From Flectonema sp. DT1601 (Eukaryota): 64,000 nucleotides of DNA. Below the pieces are notes generated by a model. The model searched no databases and was not told where the DNA came from. It saw nothing but the letters and a program-made list of their open reading frames with translations. The DNA is taken from contig OZ025791.1 in the NCBI GenBank assembly GCA_964019425.1, positions 744,001 to 808,000 on the forward strand, written 5' to 3'. The stretch's first letter is position 1; each line of letters starts with the position of its first letter. A program made the translations under genes and the position numbers. This document shows, piece by piece, positions 59,026-64,000 of this stretch.

Positions 59026-59872
59026 ATCTTTCTCTTTTTTGTTTATGAAAAAAAAAACGTCAATTTCTCATCCCCATTTCTTTTTTTTTGCTTTTTTTTT
59101 TTTGCAACAATCGATTTTGTGCGTGTTTCCCGAGTACTATTTCCCCTTCCCAAGTTTAGCCAGCATTTCTACTGCATTAATATTATGAACAACTGATTGC
59201 GTAGGACAGTTAATTTCCCCTTCTCAACTACTATAGTCCCAAGTAAATGTTACCAGATGAGATTAAATAGAAAGGGGCTCCTAATTTATTCTCCAGCCAA
59301 TTTTATGCGACTTCGCTGGTTTTCTTTTTATTGGATGTGTGAGAAGACTTTTAGTTCTTGCGGAAAAAAAAAAAAAAAAAAAAAAAAAAATGAAAAAAAA
59401 GGAATCTACTAACCTGTTGTTAGTTCCCATGACACACATTTTGTCACACATTTTGTTCATTAGTTGCCTTGCCTGTTGAGGACTCCAGTTGGTATTGTTT
59501 TAGGCAGCAGGTAGTCCTCCCCCCAACCCCTCTCATTATAACGTTTTTTTGATTAAATAATAATTTTTTTTATTGTCCGCATTCTGTTCTTCCTTCGCTT
59601 TTCGACATTGGATGACTTGTTTTCTTTGTCTTAATTGTACCTCAAGGTAGTTGCTTCACAAAGCTATCTTTCCTGTGTGAATTATTTGAGTGTACTGTTG
59701 ACAACTTAACAAGATGTTACTAGTGAAGGTAAAACAACAATACCAATGGTTTAATTCTACCTTCTCTTTGTCAGGATATACGTTAACAAAGCGATGGTGA
59801 TGTTGCTACTTGTGAAGGTAACACAACAATAACAAATAATCTTACATCTCTCTCTCATCAGTATTGAATAAT

Positions 59873-60571
59873 ATGGAACCTGAATGGATGACCGCAGCAA
59901 TGGGACGAAAGAAAGATGTCAGCTACTCATTTGATCAAACAAATGGGTTACAGATTCACGCACCCGATACGATGGAAAAAGAAGAAAAAGACTTCCTTAA
60001 GAATAAAGATTACATGTTTACGGAACCTGATCCATTATATGATGAAGAGGCTGATGATGAAGACGAAAAATGGATGGAAAAAAAAAGAATGAAAATAAAA
60101 CTTGGAACTGGATTTGAAACAAGTTGTAATTTAGTATGCCCGTGTTGTTTTAATTGTTTATCGTGTGAGAATAGACTTGTCGGTAGAATACAAGACAATG
60201 TATGGGAACTGCTATCAGGTCCAACTGAGGAACTCAACATACTAAATAATACATTATCAACATGTCCAGTTTCTACATCATTAAAACCTCAGCGGTCTGT
60301 TCAGATGTCTGAATCAGAGATGAAAGCAGATCTTCGTTCCCTACGATGGTGGTCCCCAGAAGATGAAGTTGACGCACCTCCACCAACGCTATTCACACTT
60401 GATGATGATCCAGTAACTAGAAATAGAAGTTCTGGTCGTAGAAATAATAATAATAATAATATAAAATCATACTCAACAATCCAATGTGCTGTCTGTCACA
60501 TTGATATTGGTTTCCTTGAGAAGGAATCTGATCGATATTATATAAGTGGAGCCTTGCCATCGGAAGTATAA
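59873..60571 (+). CDS. EAPP: E2F-associated phosphoprotein (EAPP)-like protein
   Basis: LYDEEADDEDEKW, LVCPCCFNCLS and C-terminal CAVCHIDIG...Y.I..ALPS match the Eapp_C pattern. Confidence 0.8.
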   Translation: MEPEWMTAAMGRKKDVSYSFDQTNGLQIHAPDTMEKEEKDFLKNKDYMFTEPDPLYDEEADDEDEKWMEKKRMKIKLGTGFETSCNLVCPCCFNCLSCENRLVGRIQDNVWELLSGPTEELNILNNTLSTCPVSTSLKPQRSVQMSESEMKADLRSLRWWSPEDEVDAPPPTLFTLDDDPVTRNRSSGRRNNNNNNIKSYSTIQCAVCHIDIGFLEKESDRYYISGALPSEV

Positions 60572-60744
60572 GTAATTATGTTACTGTCTTTTATAGTCAT
60601 GTGTTCATTTTGCGGCTTTAGCTGTTGAAGAATATCAAAAAAAAAAAAGAAAAGAAAAAACCCTCAGTTCAGTTGTTGTCACAATTTGTTGTCTTCCGTT
60701 AACGGATTTCAGGGACTATGAATAGTTGTTTTTTGATGAAGTAG

Positions 60745-60781
<37 letters not shown>

Positions 60782-60818
60782 ACAGTCACCTCCTCCACAC
60801 CCCACACCAATAATCAAA

Positions 60819-61397
60819 ATGTCTTCTCTCGTTATTATGGATTCTTTAATGTTAAGCGAACCAGCGGTACCTCTGGTTGCTAAAAGTTTTCCATGTAGAG
60901 CCTTAGATTCAGGTGTGCTGAGTGATGATGACGAGAGCCCAGGTCCGAGTAACGCTACCAGTCCTGGCAGCTGTGTGAGTGACTCTCCGGCAACGGTAAC
61001 AAGAGCGGGTTTCTACACCAGGAGAAGTCCCTTAAGCAGATTGAAAAAACCAGTTCTTGCTAACCTAATTAGCAGAAAAGAACAAGAGCAACCAACCTGC
61101 AACCCATTCGAGTCAACGAAGGACAAGAAAACAAAAATGTGCAACAGTTTCCTACTTCAACAAGATGGTGACTGCCTCTACTCAGATGAGGAAGTACTCA
61201 GCGTTAGCAGTGGTAGTTGTACCGCTTTGCCTTCTATTTTGAAGTCTGCGAGTCACAAGTCTTCATCGCACAAGCAGCTCTCATTCAACCTTCCGCCAAC
61301 CGATGAGGTTCAAGAAAAGCCATTTCGTCACATAACTTGCCCAACCTTCACTACAGGCTCATGGGAGTCGCTTTGTGACCTGGACAATGTGGCGTAG
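60819..61397 (+). CDS. Hypothetical Ser-rich disordered protein
   Basis: ORF follows an aaacag acceptor and has higher GC. Contains SILKS...QLSF. Confidence 0.7.
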   Translation: MSSLVIMDSLMLSEPAVPLVAKSFPCRALDSGVLSDDDESPGPSNATSPGSCVSDSPATVTRAGFYTRRSPLSRLKKPVLANLISRKEQEQPTCNPFESTKDKKTKMCNSFLLQQDGDCLYSDEEVLSVSSGSCTALPSILKSASHKSSSHKQLSFNLPPTDEVQEKPFRHITCPTFTTGSWESLCDLDNVA

Positions 61398-62172
61398 GAC
61401 TTAGATTGGTTTTATGTCTTTTTTGAAAAAAAAAAAAAAAAAAAAAAAAAACAACCCACCCATAAAAACTATAGATAAAAAAAATGAACCAAACATGAAA
61501 ATGATACGAAAAAAAGCAAAACACTGGATTGTGTGTTTAGGGTGAAAAAATACAACAACAAAAAAATAAAAAAACAGCTAATTTATAGCTTTCTTAGTTC
61601 AACACCTGTGGGGAGAAGGTTGTTGACTACGCTTGGAACCACTTTCCTATGCGTATTAAAAAGGAAGTAGGAACTGAGAAACTGAACGTACCAACTGGTG
61701 CTTCAGTTTTACGGCTCAATTCTTCTTTCGAACCCTTCTCGCTATATCAAAGTTAATGCACGTGATGATTTCCTGCGGGTCGAGTTTGTGGGTGGTGGGT
61801 GTCCACCTACCTACTAGATACTTGACCAGATTTCTTTTTTAATTTCTTTTTTTATTTTTTTATTATTACTTTTATTATTTCTGTCTTATAGCCCGCTCGG
61901 TTGTACCTTGCGGGTAAATGATCACCTGTTTGATTTATTTGTTGCTATTTCCCTTACACAGGATTGCCGTTTTTTAAAAAAAAATTTTTTCCCTTCCCCT
62001 CCTTTTTTTTTTACGGCATTTCCTAATTCCCAATCCTGTTCTCAAATTCTTGTTTTATTAGTTCTGTTTTTCCGTTTTTTTTTTTTTTTTTGCTCCCTAA
62101 TAGTTCCCTTACGAAACACCAAAATGACTCCCCACCCCTCTTTTTAATACGTTACAAGCTTTTGCCACTCCG

Positions 62173-62203
<31 letters not shown>

Positions 62204-63667
62204 GTGTTTTTAATTTTTTTTATATTTTTAAATCTCTGAGATAATAATGCAGGGAGACGCACGTATCTGAAAGAAAATTGGCAGTTAGTCTATGTTCCTT
62301 AGCTGTTTTTAGTTGTTTCCTGCTGGATGTGAGGGGAAAAACTTTAAAAAAAAAACAGAAAAAAAAAAAACAAAAACGAAAAAGAGAAATGAGAGTTGCC
62401 TACGGGATAAACTGACAGCCCTGATGCTGCTATGGACCTGTTTTGCTTCCGTTGGGAAGTATTTTTTTATTTTTATTATTATTATTTTTTTTTCAATTGA
62501 TGTTCGTTTGTTTCAAGCGCTAACATTATTAAGTGTGCAGTACCCAAAAAAAAAACTATTTTTATTTTTATTTTTATTTTCTCCCCTCTCCCCATTTCTT
62601 TTTTCTTTTTAGTACAATTTCCTTCTTGAAGTAGGGTTTGGAGAAGAAATATAAAAAACGAAAAAAAAAAAAAAAAAAACTTTGGAATTACAAATTACAA
62701 GAAAACTAAAATTGTTAATTTTCTCTTCTTCTTCTCTCTTTTTTATTTCTTCGTCTCTGATGACCTCTGGTGCCTTTTCACTTACTAATAGACTAAAAAA
62801 AAAAAAATAATAGTGTTAAAATATGATTGTGTAGGGTGTACATAACTCACTTTACTGAGAAAATTAAGCATGGGCAACAAGCAAAATTCAAAAAAAAAAA
62901 AAAAAAGATAAAACATCGAAATTCTTGATTCTCAATAAGAGACGGCTATTCGATATTAAGGATTAATATTTTTTTTTTGTTCTCCCCTTTTCTCCCTCCG
63001 TGATAGCTACTACGGTATGTCTGTCCGCTACTTTTTTTTTTGTTTATTAAAATGAGAGGTGTGACACGCGCAGTCTCTTAGAGAGAAAAAAAAGTGCCGT
63101 GGATAACTGTGTACCCTGTGCCAGAGAGAAAAAACAAACAAACAAAAACAACTGTCTCTTTGTGAAAGGGTAACGCTCTCAGGAATATCCGTAAGTTAGT
63201 TTTTCTTCAGGTCTGTTTACTGTTTAACAAGTCTTGCGATGAGTGTTGGCCGTTCTCTAATTAAGAACACCACCGCTATAAGATCACGAGTTAGCCTTTT
63301 GTTATTTCCATTTTATTAATATTTAAATAATTGTGATTAACGTCACGGAGTTTTGTCAGATATATATGTCCTCCATCAATGCAGCCTTCTAGGCATAAAA
63401 ACAAATAAACATCAAAGTAAGTTAGTGAAGAATCAACCTTAAGTAAATAAGAAGGAAACGTACTCACTCTCTTTAACAATCCGAGTGGTGGGTCTCACAG
63501 AGTCGGGCCCCACATCTGTGGGGCCTTTAATGATCTTCGGCTCCAGACTTGGAAAAGTAATGATTTCGTGATGGTTTGTTGGAGGAAGGACTCTTGATCT
63601 GAAAAGTTGGCTCCGCTCTTTTTTATCCATTTGTATCCGCGATATATTTTTTTTTTTTTAAACACAA

Positions 63668-63700
<33 letters not shown>

Positions 63701-64000
63701 TATCAATTCTCCATATGCATTCGTGTGCAATATAGAGTTTCTCTTAGAGAGAATTTTTATTCACTTTTTTTTTATTATAAAATACCGAAAGCGCTTTGAT
63801 GCTATTTCTCATTCAAAATTCCTCACTCAACGAGTGCCTTTGGAATTGTCGTGTTGTTAGCATCGTGCCTTTTATTCTTCTTTACTTTTTCGCACCTTCT
63901 TCTAATTGTTGCAGGCAACCAGATTATCAGCTGAATTGAACGTTCACTATAGTTCACTGTCATCAAGTAGCTGTCAAAAAAAAATATCGTTAAATTTGAT

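Overview
AT-rich eukaryotic (protist) nuclear DNA, most likely a euglenozoan and possibly a diplonemid. This is inferred from the fact that every credible protein gene is on the + strand, the GT-AG introns are short with A/C-rich 3' ends, and an LSU rRNA fragment carries kinetoplastid-like signatures. The first ~10.5 kb is repeat and mobile DNA: two tandem arrays, a 3-kb TIR DNA transposon with a degenerate DDE transposase plus an internally deleted partial copy, and a decayed Polinton/virus-type protein-primed PolB. The remainder is a unidirectional gene cluster: Gfo/Idh/MocA oxidoreductase, two paralogous type-I membrane proteins, a 3-exon COX4-like gene, SET-MYND, VPS9, alkaline ceramidase, a spliced 32-aa SMIM30-like microprotein, a PAXX-like protein, a membrane class-3 lipase, a polyQ protein, a PAM2-bearing catalytically degenerate Trf4-like nucleotidyltransferase and EAPP. 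It also holds a tRNA-Gly(TCC) and a MITE. The most striking non-coding feature is a 2.9-kb array (50.3-53.2 kb) of 11 constant ~100-nt repeats interleaved with two alternative spacers in irregular order. It folds by eye into single-hairpin AGA-box (H/ACA-like) guide RNA candidates, including a shared 5' half that can pair with either spacer. All homology calls are from motif recognition by eye; no searches were run.
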